Shown here piece after piece: positions 21,400 through 33,700 of a DNA stretch of 64,000 nucleotides. The stretch comes from Orbicella franksi. Lineage: Eukaryota. The notes beneath the pieces were generated by a model. The model worked only from the letters and a program-made list of their open reading frames with translations. It ran no database searches and was not told the DNA's origin. The number at the start of each line of letters is the position of its first letter. The first letter of the stretch is position 1. The position numbers and the translations under genes are program-made. Where the stretch lies: NCBI GenBank assembly GCA_964199315.1, contig OZ116701.1, positions 14,942,001-15,006,000 of the forward strand. The letters run 5' to 3'.

Positions 21400-22048
21400 C
21401 AACCCCATTTTAAAGACGGGGTTTGCAAAAGAGGAGGAAATAAAAAGGAGGAATAAACCTATACATCGAGCAAGAGAAACACAAGCTCGATCAGATAGCT
21501 GCAAGAAACATAGGAATGTCTCTAGACAAACGTATAGCTTTCTCAAAGTAAAGCTACGGCGTCTCCGAAGGAAATCGTAGGAGAACAAATATGATATCCA
21601 TGATAACGATCTACCTACTGTGCTTGCAAACAGTTCTAATCACAGCCGGGCCCGGCGTCACGATATAGAATGCAAGTAAGCAACATGTTCACGGTAAATT
21701 TCATATTTTGTCCCTCAAAAGCAAATTCATGGAGATTTAAAAGCATATCTTGCAATAGAAATGAGTCTAAACAATGCATAAACACATGGCAAATTACAGA
21801 GGTGTCAAACTCAACGAGTCGACATGCAGATAACAGCGGAAACCATGCAGACCTATGACCTGTAAAAATTTGCCATAGCACGATCTAACGGCTCAACTCC
21901 ACTAAAATTCCTCCTTATTACACAACATGAAGTGCCCTTCATGAACACGAGTGAAGCGACAAGAAAGGTCGAGTGACTGAACAGAGAACAGTAAATGTAC
22001 AAATGTCACGAACCGTAAAAGTCGTGTAGGCTAGTCAACCCCATTTTA
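21400..22048. repeat. ~620-bp dispersed repeat, copy B, bounded by a 13-bp direct repeat
   Basis: CAACCCCATTTTA at 21400-21412 and 22036-22048; homologous to copy A. Confidence 0.9.
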
Positions 22049-22290
22049 CCTTGAAAATTAAGAAATTTTAAACCATAGATAAATTTAAACCACAACAAGT
22101 ATGCTAAAATTTATAAAAAGTAATCCACTATTTGCAAGATTTGAGAACACTCGTAGCTTTTTGTTTTACCTGGACAGGGCAACATTTATACATGCCTATC
22201 ACTAGAGTAGAGGTAAAAACCTTCCAAATAAAGACATCTGTAAATTAAATGTAACAATGTGTTTCACACAACACATCAACAGATTTCCAG

Positions 22291-23256
22291 TTTTTTCACA
22301 ACACTTCGTACTTGGTTCAGTATCACAATGCAGGAGCAAGGAAAGACTCTGTTCCAGGCCACTGTTACTTCCGTAAGATTGAGAAGTTTATGAATGAGCA
22401 CTATGAGGAGGGGGAGAACTACAGAGAGTTTCTAAAGTTGTCCTGTCAAGAAAAGGTAGGAGAAATTTGTTCTTTTTGTTGTGAATGGACTGGATCACCC
22501 ATAGAAAGATATCCTAAACCAGTTCCTGACCATTCCTGCCTACCGGAATACCACTACCTCTCCTACCAGAAGACCCCAAAAGAAGGGCGTGATCCAGATG
22601 ACTGGCAGCCAAGGGTCCAAGCGAAGAAAGAGCATGGAGGTGGCAGGCTGGTTTTATCTGACCCAGAGAGCGTTGCTCTATTTGCAGATAAGTTTATTGT
22701 CAAATCAAAGTTTGTGGTGGATTATCTTCAGCATCTTGAAGTGCTGGAATTTAAAAGGAAAAGGAGGGCAGAAGAAAAGGCAAAGTTAAGTAGGGACGCA
22801 AAAGATAAATCATATGAGGATTATCCTTGGACTGAGTTGTGCAAAGATCTAACCAAGCTTAAAAAGCAACGTGTTCCAGAACAAAACAAGTACTTGAACC
22901 ACCACGGGCTGAAGCAGCATTTGAAAAGCAGCAAGAGAGAGAAAGTAAAGGCAATTGTAAGACATTTATGCTTGCGGCAGAAGAGTCCTCTCAGAGCTGG
23001 CCAACCAACACTGAGAAATGTCAGGACATTGACACAAAATGACAACAGGGTAAGTGCTGACAGCAGTGAAACGGATGAAAGTGACAATGATGAGTATGAC
23101 AGTGATGCCATTGACTCTAGGGGAGAAGATGACTCAAGTGATGTCATTCTTGCATTCATCAATTCAGATGAGGAAGATACCAATGAGAGGCCAAATGCCA
23201 CACGCTCAGGGCGAGCCATAACTAGGAGATCCGAAATTGACTTCTCTTTCTTTTGA
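22291..23256 (+). pseudogene. C-terminal exon of a Zator-like transposase (catalytic core missing; SAP-like helix pair and acidic tail)
   Basis: Open from the ttccag acceptor at 22290: FFHNTSYLVQ...PGHCYFRKIEKFMNEHYEEGENYREFLK...DDWQPRVQ...LKKQRVPEQNKYLNHHGLK...; 78-nt GT-AG intron at 22213-22290. Resembles C-termini of invertebrate DGGP/APG..N.VER-type transposases as recalled. Confidence 0.65.
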
Positions 23257-24339
23257 TTTGTTTTTTAAACAACAGCTCTCTGTAGTATAGGGATTGTAAA
23301 TATTGTCTTCATAGTGAGCACAATAACGTGAAGTAGGGGGATAATAGAGAAATATTAAAAAAGTTGAAATCTAAATATTGTTTGTTCAATTTTTTTTGGG
23401 GGGGGGGTCATCCCAAAAAATGACCGCTATAAGGGGGGGCCATGTGAAAAAATTGGTAAGCTGAGGGGGGGTCATGCGATTTTTAAATGGTGCTTCCCAA
23501 ATCCCACCAGCCCCCCCTCCCTCATAAAAAATGAACGGTCCCTTACAGAATGACAACCGACTACAAGTAGTTGTTATACACCCAGGATTGTACAAATTAC
23601 ACTAGCTACAGACAAAGAGGGTTCAATACTTAGCTATTTATCAACTTGGAGATGAAAAAGTAAAGGTAACTAAACTGTAGTAGTCTGTTTGTGAAGCTCA
23701 GCAAATGCTTCATGGCATTAAGTATACATTTTTTGTAGTATACATGGCGGTTAAATTTCCTCTTAGGGGGGAACTCCCTTGAGAAGGTAGGTGGGGAGAA
23801 TAAGGCACAGGCCCGGGAGAATAAGGGACGGCTAAGCTACGTGAGGTGGGAAGGGAAAGGGTGGGGAGCAGGAGTTCTAAGAGGGCAGGAAAAGGGAGAG
23901 AAATGCAAAACACTAATGTTTGTCATTTTTATTAGCGTATTAGCATACTTTCAAATCAAGAACCCAAATATGTTGTTTGACTTGCGTTTAGTGTCTTCTG
24001 AGACATCTGAGACAATAAGCAAACGAAGATTCGCACTTGGGCTGAAAACAGGCTTACTTCCAGAGCAATTGTAAACTCTTTTGTGGTGGTTACGTCATAG
24101 GTCACAAAATATCAAGCGGCATGAGTCACATGTGCCTAAAGAGGTGAGCAAGACAAGCAAGAATGAATACAAATTATCTAAAAACAAAGGAAATACCTTA
24201 GAATTGCACAGCTAAATGACAAGGATGTGTTTTGGGTCTCTTAATTTGAAGGGAATGGGAGCAGGACATAAAAGGGCCGGAGTTGGGAGATGAAGGTACA
24301 GGAAGTGGGAGATCAAAAAAGGCAAGCAGGCGACACATG

Positions 24340-24417
24340 AAGTCTGATCCTAGACCCCGCTCATTGCCCGCCTCCTTCTTTGATTGTTCCCACTGACCGA
24401 GAGCATGGAAGAAGCTA
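24340..24417. mobile_element. Solo terminal fragment of the same Academ-like family
   Basis: GATTGTTCCCACTGACCGAGAGCATGGAAGAAGCTA resembles the right TIR at 14895-14930. Confidence 0.65.
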
Positions 24418-24769
24418 TCCCCCTCAGGTGAAAGGGTCAGGGATGCCTGTTGGAAAATTTGAATTAAATCCCTGAAGGAGACCAATCTAGGGGTGGCTAG
24501 TGTTTTATTTGACCGAGAAAAGATACACTTTAAAACAGCCAGGCTACAATAGACTACAATGATTTCAAAGATTGTATACACAGTGTCATTGAATACTTTC
24601 TCCTATACTAGTAGATAGGTTTTTTTAATTATGGCAGTAGTTTTCATATTATTTATTTCTTCAAACAAGGAAAACCAAGTAAACAGGCCTGTGGGCTATT
24701 TTGAATTGTTATCCTCTGCTATTTTCAATTCTAAAAGATACCTTGATTGCAAAAATAGTGACATTTCAT

Positions 24770-26075
24770 CATGAACACCCTAAGTGAGACTGAAATCTGT
24801 GATTTACACCCCTAAGTGATTGATTAAAAGTATCCCCAACCCTTCTCAAAAGAGACCCTCACAGAGTTAAATTACCTTTCTGAATGCCAAGTTGATAAAT
24901 AGCTAAGTGATTAACTTGCCCACTGACACAGCCCAAAAGAATTTAAAAAGGGTTAAAATTTGAGTATTGGCGCACTAGGCCGTTCACATTGCAACCAGGA
25001 ACACTTTCCGTTATCCAAGTCAAACAGAACATTTTTATCAACTTCTTCAAATGTCTGATATTTTTAGCCCAGGAGTGCCAAGATCTTCGAAGAGAATGTA
25101 CCCATATCTGAGCACATCTTAGGATTTCCAAAGAGGTTCTGAACTTTTGTAAGCCCTAATGTCAGGATGCATCTGGTCGCACACACAGGGTAGTTATTGC
25201 GACACTTTTTCTTCTAGAAAATGTAGTTGGCAGGTATATATAGTAATGGTAGTGGATCTATTCTTGAACACACGCTGTGGGGCATGAATTGAAAAAGTAC
25301 TTGAATCCTTCTGGGCATGATATTCTTGGGTTTCACGTGATGTCATCATTTTCTAAAATCTAAAACTAAAGAGCCACCAAAGTAATTATCCTCATCAGGC
25401 ATAACAGGGGGTAAATTTATATCTGTTAACAACTTTTCAGCTCAATAGCTTGCTTCGTCTGAAAACAGGCACATTTTGAATTTCAGAGTTATGGTGGTGC
25501 CTGACGTAAAGCTATGAACGCGTTTGTCGAAAAATGTGTACTTATCTCGTGTTTAAGTATTAGGAAAAGTGCTAATTTAAATGTTTACTTGATCAATTCA
25601 GATAGTCAGTCGCCTAGATAGGCAAAGAAAGTTCCAGATGTTTACACTATTGTCCGGCCGCCTGGAGCATACCAATCTGGGCGGGGCTCCAGCTTTACTT
25701 CACTCCTCTTTAAAACAAACACGACAGTATTTATTTTATTAGTTTTTGAGTGCAACCCTTATGATTCTTTAACGGCTAAAAATAGTGGCATTTCGCAGGA
25801 GTTTTGTTCATGTTTTTTGTTTGGGTTTTTGTTTGGGTTTCACAGGTGGGTGTAACTTTTTGAACTGAACTTCTTTACAAGAAAAACTTTCCTCTGGATG
25901 GTCAAACCAGACAGGCAAAATCGGCCTCAAAACCCGTCAGTTAGTTCAATGCCTTGCCCGTAATCAAACTCCTGATTTCGTCCTGAACACCCTAAGTGAG
26001 ATAAAAATCCGTGATCTTCACCCTAAGCGAGATAACGAGCATCTCCGACCTTTCCATATGGTAGTGCCCCCTCCT
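24770..26075. repeat. Two copies of a ~70-bp TE-terminal repeat (24770-24845 and 25983-26075) within a TE-fragment cluster
   Basis: TGAACACCCTAAGTGAGA...AAATC.GTGAT.T.CACCC.TAAG.GA occurs twice. Confidence 0.55.
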
Positions 26076-26630
26076 GCCGCTTGGGACACTTGGTGGTAAT
26101 TTTAGAGGAAGATGAATATATAAGTACTGTGGTAATTTCAGTGGAACCCCTAAAATTTCAGGGATTGGAGTTTCATGCGCTCAGATAATGAGGTTATAGA
26201 GTCAATACATGGACGGAAGGACGTATTGTTTGAAGCATTCATGTAAGTGTGTTTGGATACAAGTAGTGTTATGCAGTAAGCTAAGTTTTGTAGTTTTGAA
26301 ATGTCTTGTTTGAACTATATTGCACTCCTCACAATAAGCCTGAGAAATTGTTTGTAAATATTAGAATTTTTTTAGTAAATACAAATGTGTCACAAAATTT
26401 AGGAACTGCCGCCAAGTCTAAGGCAGCATGCATGGTAGGGGAGGTTTTGGTATTAGTGTGAAGAGTTGAGAAACTCCAACTAAGGAGCAGACTAAAGTTG
26501 GTCTCATTGCTTGTTTTAAACGATCTAAGGTGGATCAGAATTGATTAAAAAACAAATGCTTGGAAAATGCACCAGAAAGACAAAAAGCTGATGGACTTGG
26601 TCTCTTTACTTTGTTCATAGATGTTTCCGT

Positions 26631-27330
26631 GGGCCTGGAAGTAAAATAATTGGCCTAGTCTCCCCATAACCCTGTGCAGTCATAAGATGCTCAAGGGAAT
26701 GACTCTGAGGGTCAAGAATTATTTCCTTTGCTTGTTCACCATCATAGGCGATACCACGACTGCATCTAATGATGAGACCGCATCAGATTTCCTTAGACCT
26801 GGAAGAAAACTAATTGGCCTAGCCGCCTCATAAAACCTCTGTAGTGATAGGAGATGTAAATTACTAACTCTTTGAGGATCGAGAATTGTTTCCTTTGCTT
26901 GTTCACCATCACTGGTTATACTACGACTCAGACTGGATGTAATGGTGGCACTGCATAAGAGTTCCTTTGGCCTGGACGAAAAATAATTGTCCTAGTCGCC
27001 TCGTAACATCTCTGTAGTCATAGGAGTCTTAAAATACTGGCTCTTTGAGGGTCAAGAGTTGCTCCCTTTGTTTGTTCACCATCGCTGGTGATGCCACGAT
27101 TGCATCTAATGCTGACACGACATCAGATTAACTAGGGCCTGGAAGAAAACTAATTGGCCTTGCCGCCTCATAAAATCTCTTTCATCATAGGAGACATAAG
27201 TTAGTGACTCTTTGAGGGTCGAGAATTCTTTCCTTTGCTTATTCACCATCACTGGTGATATTCGATTCCATCTAATGATGAGACCATTTGGGAGTTCCTT
27301 GGGCCTGGAAGAAAAATAATTGGCCTGGTC
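26631..27330. repeat. Tandem array of ~164-173-bp units (about 4.2 copies) with dimeric ~336-bp periodicity
   Basis: Unit starts (G/A)(G/A)CCTGGA at about 26631, 26795, 26968, 27135 and 27301; shared CTCTTTGAGGGTC.AGA and CCTTTGCTTGTTCACCATC blocks. Confidence 0.9.
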
Positions 27331-27568
27331 TCGTACAGTAATCGTTGTGAACGAATTTTGCGAGAGTTTTTTGCAACTTTAAATACTACCTTCATTTTTT
27401 TTATCAAAATGCGTAGTAACATTCAGGCGTCACCCTCTGCAGCAGGATTACATAACCTCTAAAGGATCTATACTTTAAAGAGCCAAGAGAATGTTTACAA
27501 CAGAAGCTCGTCACATGTTATGGTGGTCCAAACGTCTGGCTGGTTAGTAGTGTAAGAATGGTTTTTAC

Positions 27569-27733
27569 CTGCCTCTGGACAATGCCCACATTTTCTCTTT
27601 CCACTAAAGCAAACGACTGGACAATTTATCTACATCCAGCGATATTTCACAGGTTCCAAGTCTCCACTGCTTAATGTCCAGCCATGGGAAAACATTGCAG
27701 TACGCAACATCATGAAGTTGTCGCTTTCTTGAT
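27569..27733 (-). pseudogene. Exon-like remnant with a Cys-rich motif and an in-frame stop
   Basis: AG/GT-bounded: QESDNFMMLRTAMFSHGWTLSSGDLEPVKYRWM*INCPVVCFSGKRKCGHCPEA; adjacent AAGATCTT-rich repeat at 27770-27920. Confidence 0.35.
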
Positions 27734-30700
27734 CTAGGATACTCGGCATACTTCTATATTTGAACCAGTCCTGGTAAAAAACCGTGTAGGATCTAGATAT
27801 CCATAAGGATGAAGAAGTAAAGCTTCCATAAAAGATCTTTGGAAGATCCTTAATGGACGATCTTGTAAAGATTGTTGCAAGGATCTTCCAAGATCTTTGA
27901 GCAAACTTTGCGCGTGCATGCGCCATTTTGGGTTGGAAACTGCTACTGTTAATGCGGTTATAACATTAGAATCGAAACTTTGCTAATACACATATTATTT
28001 ACAAAACAATAGAGCCTTTGGTGCGCTATTTACACGTAAAAATCTGTAGTCAATCTGGGCATGTGTTTAACATTTGTACGTTCCTACGTTCTGGTGATGG
28101 ACTCGGGAGGTTTCATAGAGATAGCTCTTTTCGGTCATTCGTTATGGTGGCCAAACCTCATTCCACGGAGAACTACGATTGACCGCCTTTGTCACTAGAG
28201 CATGCTTCATTATTGTTTGATTTTCCGTTTGTCGGTCAGTCCATTGGGGGTTCTTTAAAGGATTCCAGCGTACGTCAAGGGAATACTAAACAACTTATAT
28301 AGTCAATCGTATTGCAGCCATGAAAACAGTGTTCACACAAACGAGACTCCCCACCGTTGAACTGTGCAACATTAAGGAAAACCTACACGCCATGCGCTAT
28401 ATGTTGTTGTCAGTTAATTTCCCTAATAAAGGCAAACAGCTCTACACGTCTATTACAGCCATTGTAAGGCTCTATTGGAATCTTTAACACTAGTTTCTAT
28501 GAATGTCTCAACACTATCAATGTTCTTTCCCTTGGTATGTAAAAATGAGTTAGCGTAATTTGGCGGAACGACAGACACATTAAAATCTCTGCATTTTTGT
28601 TTCGCTAATGCTGTAAACGTTCATTACATTTTATGTCAAAAATGTAAGAATAGTGTACATCATTCCTCCCATACTCCGTTTAGACTTTCCGTACTAGAAC
28701 ATAAAAATTATTTCCCTTATATGTTGCTTTTTTCATGGCATAATTACTGTTTAAACACACGGGTTTTCACAGTCAAAAGCACTGGACAAGGCACTTGGGA
28801 TGTTTACTTTATATAATTTTTTAATTAAAATATATTTGGCAAAGCAGCAGCATGCGAAATGCACTCATTAAGACTTAACACGTGTCTTCAAGTTAATGAG
28901 CCTTTTCGCAGTATATTGAATATCGGTCGCTGATAGTGTTTTTTTATATATAGCTTATAAACCACAATAGTTTCTAGTTCGTTTTGTCGATCTGGTACAT
29001 GCCTGTGACCTTGGTGAAATTAGTGATACGCCCACTTTGTCGTCGCTACTAAAAATATCCTCTGCAATGAACGATGGGTTTCAGAAAGCTCATAAAGCTG
29101 GTGTTGGTTTCTTGACGTGCAGTTTATTTTTTTGGATAGGGTGTAAATCGGATTACGTTGCTGCAATAAAGGAATCTTGATACCAGACTAGCAAGGAATC
29201 TTTGTCTTAATGTTTTCACCTTTGACAGTTTGTTTACCAACCAGAAAACAGGGAGGAGTTTTAAGTAGTATAGACCGATGAAACAAACAATACCTTTGGT
29301 GTTCGTTCGCATTGATATATTAGGAGGAAAACGATGTAGCAAGCAACAAGGAACAAAGAACACGCCCAGGAACAGAAAATCATTGAAATGCAAGTTTCCA
29401 CGTCACAAAATTATCACAAGCCGATTGAGTAGAGGGGAAACCCTGTTGCCAAGTATCCTCTTGAATTAAAGTGTAAAACGTGGTAAATTAATAATTAAGG
29501 AACCTTCTTAACGCCAGGTCCTTACGGCAATGTTTTGCGGAAAACTAATTAAACAAACTTAGATGTGGGGGTTGGTTAAACCTATTGAAAACAGTTTTCT
29601 CCACTTCTTTTTTTCTCTCTCTGTCGAAGAAATACCCAGTAAAAGGTTCTAAAGTTTCTTGTCTGGAAAGCAACTTGCTTGGTAGAAGTATCTACCTCAT
29701 TCTATGGAGTGGTTTAGTCAAAGCACTTGTCACTTGGCAGTGAAAACGGGGAAAACATGATGCATGAGTGAACATGATTTACAAAAATATTTGCGCCATT
29801 CTGGGAGTCCTTTCTATTTCACCGTTTTAGCTTCCTGACTATTGACTTCCTTTCTTTCTTTTTTCCATGTACCATTAATGGTTAATCTAATGAAAACTGT
29901 TGAGACTGATGCATTGTTATACTTAAGACACGCTGTACACAGGTTATAAAGGCTCTTTCTGTTTTTTATCTCGGTGGTAGCTAACAGGCAATGGCATACT
30001 ACACTATAATCTTTCAAGTTCTTTTCATCTTGATTTAGGAGCAACATTTGACATTGACAGTTATTCATATTAGAAATGTGTTCTGCCTAGAAGGCAAATT
30101 CGCCCTAGTTCTGAAAAGATCAACTATAAAGAGTAAACTGGTTAAATTTGAAACTAGAACATACTCGAAAATAACAACAGTGCCACCCAGTGTAACCGTC
30201 AACCAAAAGAATGTCGAGTTTACACAACAGTTGCCTGTGTCCGTCAACCCCCAAGGTATTTATGTCGAAAAAATCTACGAAAACGCATTTGAGTGCAAGA
30301 AAGCATTTCCCTCCGAGCATTTGAGAAGTAGTGACACCGAAAAAAGAAACTGTATGAAACAGTGTTATAGCTTGGCCACTGTAATTGAACGTCCTTGTTT
30401 TGACTGGGGCAGTTGGGGAATCTGCAAGACGCGCGAAGCAAACGTTTCACGAATTTAAGACTGTAAAACAAGAACTTTAATCATGCTTGAAATCTTGCCC
30501 TTATATGACCTAAAAAGTTTAACATTCGAGCAGATTGGTGTGTTCCGTTTTTCAAGTTGTGTTTAGCTTTCCTGAGTAGAGCAGAATTCGTTTATAACAA
30601 GACCAATTACATCAAAAATGGAGAGCTATTATGTAGTGTGGTGGGACATTACTGAAGCCAAAATTATTTCAACAGTTTTGCAGTCCGAACTTCTCCCAAA

Positions 30701-33700
30701 ACAAGGAAATAATACGAGACACAAATTTCACAAGATTTCAGTTTTCTTGGAGAAGGAAGTAGCCTAGTATATTTTCAAGAGATTTGTGGTTTGTTCGATA
30801 GTGGCAGGTATTGGCATACACTAATGTGTAAAAATCTATTCACTTCTCATTTTCTGCTGTAGCTAGTTTATGAAAGAATCACCCATAGTTATGAAACAAA
30901 TTTGGATGAAAACAGCATCAGGTTTTAGTTGGGAAATCGTATGATTTTCGATGACCAAAGACCTAAGTGAAAGTAGGTTAATGAGTTAATGAAATAAGTG
31001 AAGGGCTTTGTTTTACGGTAAAGAGTGTTAAAACCACATACATTGAGATCCTCTCGGTGACTAATTCCATTGCAGCCTATTTAAGACTGGCTCAGAAATA
31101 AAGATGAAATGTAGAGAAGTGGCACAACTTGCATTCGCGCAGATAGCATTCAACTTCAATGAGAGGTTAGTACATATACAAAGAAAAACGCGAGGGCTTT
31201 CAAGTGAACAGAAGTGAGCAGTATAACTAATCTAGTGCAAAAACATTAACACACTATGTGGCCCAAAGGGATCAGGTACAAATTAATGGCATCAGACCCG
31301 TAAATCGTTATGTTTCAGTGTATTCGTAGACGCGACAATCAGTCGTTTGTCGAGAGCTTGCCGATTTCTCACTTGATACAGTCATTGTCAAACGCTAGGT
31401 GGAATGTAAATTATAATGACAAAGACCTGGGGATATAAATTAGAATTACAAAAACGTTTACAAAGAGTAAAAAGAATACAATTTAAAATTTTCGACGAGC
31501 ACGAAGAGAACCAGGGTCTGTGACAAGGCATACTGTAGACCTTAAAGAAGTTGATTATTGAACAGTGTATTCGCTAAACAATGTATAAAATTGAATTTTG
31601 GATAAACGGAAGTGAAATAGCCTTTACAAAGTACTTGCCTTATCGCAAAAGAATAGACATACCTTTGCAGTCTCTTCCTTCCGGAGCAGAAGCTACCAAG
31701 AACGAATCAATCGTTCAAATAAGATTTGAGAAGTGGAAGAGGCATGTAAGAATTTTGGCGTTAGAAAATCTTCCACAATTATGATAGTATTATCCGATTT
31801 TCTTTTCCCTGTTCTTCTCGACTCTTCAACGTCGTCTAATTCTTTTGTCGACTGTTTGTTTCCACGTTTGCCTTTATCCACAACGCCACCAGTTTTCAGT
31901 TCAAAAGATGGCTTGTTAATAGCTCAGCAATACTAGCTTGCATTAAGCTGGTGAAATGTAGTCTTTCAGTACCCAAATTAAAAGTAAAAACCTTGATTTT
32001 ATCTCTGCGTTAAAGGGATTCATTTGTAAATGTAGTTCCATGAAAATACTCCCTGTTTACCATAAGCGAAGGTAGCTTCGCTAACAGCAACTAAGACGTT
32101 AAAACATTTCATTAAAACCTGACTGAAAAACAGCCCTCAGTCAATTTCGCGAAGACAAGTTACATGAGTGGATTAAAGTTGGTTTCCGTACACCTGGTGG
32201 TTGTCTTGTGCTAGGTGCACAGGAACGTTTCCCGTGTGATACAGGACAAGCAAAAGGTAAAGGAAAGCTTCAGTTATTGGTAAAGCCTTGTTGGTGTTTA
32301 TCAGCTGAACGCGTGAACAGAGATGATTTTTTTTTTTTACTTCTGGGAGCCTGAAGGCAAACGATTTCACCGTTAATGGCGTGTTGGATGCATTTGTTTC
32401 CCAGTACACCCACGTGCTTTGTGAAAAATCTTTACAGTACAGAACAATAAGAATTGAACTGAAAAACATATTCAAGCTATTTTTATTCATGGGAGGAGAA
32501 AGGATTTGCCAATGTAATGGCACGAAAGCAATTTCAACCCGGCACCGTGTGCCGTCAGACAAGACATGCCACCACACAAACTTTCAAGAACACTCTGAAG
32601 TTTCAAGTTTCGACAAAAAAAAAAACGTTTTTTAGCGAAATAAAAGGGCCTGCGTACACTGTTTTCACATTTAAAGTATTTCTTTCTTCAGATAAACCGA
32701 CAAATCTTCAAAGAATAATATAGGGCGGAGAAAGACGCAGACAAAGAAGTTTATTTTTAAAAAGGATTCGCAAATCGGTTAAGATACACCTAACGTTTGT
32801 TTAAGCGTCGATGGGATTACCGGATGAAGAAGTGAAAAGAGAAACTTGGGCCGTTTAATTTGGAGAAAAATGGATTTGCAACTACTTTGGCGTACACAGC
32901 ATTTATTTCACAGAGTCCACATGCCATCAGACTGACAAACCTTGGTGGAACAGGTGCAATATTACGCAGCTGGTTCCCTGTAGTTCTGCTCAATGAAATT
33001 TTGGTATGCTTTTCATTTTTATCGCACGCGGTACCATGTAGGAGGGGATTTATTGTCTGAACAGATGGCGACTTAGTGATGTGATATCTCAACTCTACTT
33101 TAATATCTTGATACAAATTTTATGCTTTAATACCGATTTCAAACCTCGACACTAGGAATTCCCATATTTTACTATCACTATGGGACTTAAGTCTGTTATT
33201 CTTCTGGAAGGGAAACGTGTTTATGATTTTGAGAAAAACAGGTTGTTAATTGCTGAACAAATAAAGCGCCAAGAGCTAAGCTTGCAAAATGATACTAATA
33301 TTTTGCCTGACTTTATTTTTATCCGTCACTGAAATGGTGAAAGGGCTTTTGTAGTTTTCATTTCACATTAGGAAGGCTGTAAAATGGCTTCTTAGTGTCT
33401 TCTATTGTCGTGTCTATTGATTATGGAAGGAGAAACCATTCACGGCTCAGGAACGGTGCAGTTGTCGCAAAATGTCGTAAACAGCATCCTACAATTGTGG
33501 AAAGTTCTGCAGCTCCGCCTCTCATATGAAAATTCGTGCATGGTTCACTTTCTTTCAATGTTCTTTGTATGTCATCCATTCACTAGGGTACCCCACGCAC
33601 GAGGACATTGTTATACTACCCTGAACTTTTACTTCCCAGGGAAATAACCCGCCTTAAGCGAACACAACTGTCAAGAGGTGCTTTGGCCAAGGAGCGTGTT

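Larger units (their letters stand above)
20150..23542. mobile_element. Internally deleted Zator-like DNA transposon
   Basis: ~48-bp TIRs GGGACCGTTCATTTTTTAT.AGG.AGGGGGGCTGGTGGGATTTGGG; TTA duplication at 20147-20149 and 23543-23545; G/C-run subterminal blocks; internal ORFs. GGG ends with a TWA TSD fit Zator (Harbinger also gives TWA). Confidence 0.8.
23612..26421 (+). other. Possible cryptic multi-exon gene or pseudogene head-to-head with WDR64
   Basis: Phase-compatible candidate exons 23612-23665, 23961-24143 (one in-frame TAA at 24072), 25166-25233 (weak), 26162-26242 and 26403-26421; no family recognised. Confidence 0.25.

Noticed and set aside
22821-23219. 132-aa Ser/Leu-rich minus-strand ORF
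   Set aside because: It is the antisense shadow of the acidic tail of the transposase-like ORF.
26162-26421. Faint resemblance of DWSFMRS...ES...FEAFMNC to the SYCE3 C-terminus
   Set aside because: It needs a 4-residue gap in a ~26-residue match and the upstream exons do not fit; too weak to name without a profile search.
26631-27330. CRISPR-like array
   Set aside because: Units are ~168 bp and diverge along their whole length; there are no unique spacers, no short conserved repeat and no cas genes, and the context is eukaryotic.
27630-27926. 98-aa ORF MAHARAKFAQRSWKIL...
   Set aside because: The N-terminal half derives from AAGATCTT-type TE subterminal repeats; only the downstream exon-like part was kept as a remnant.
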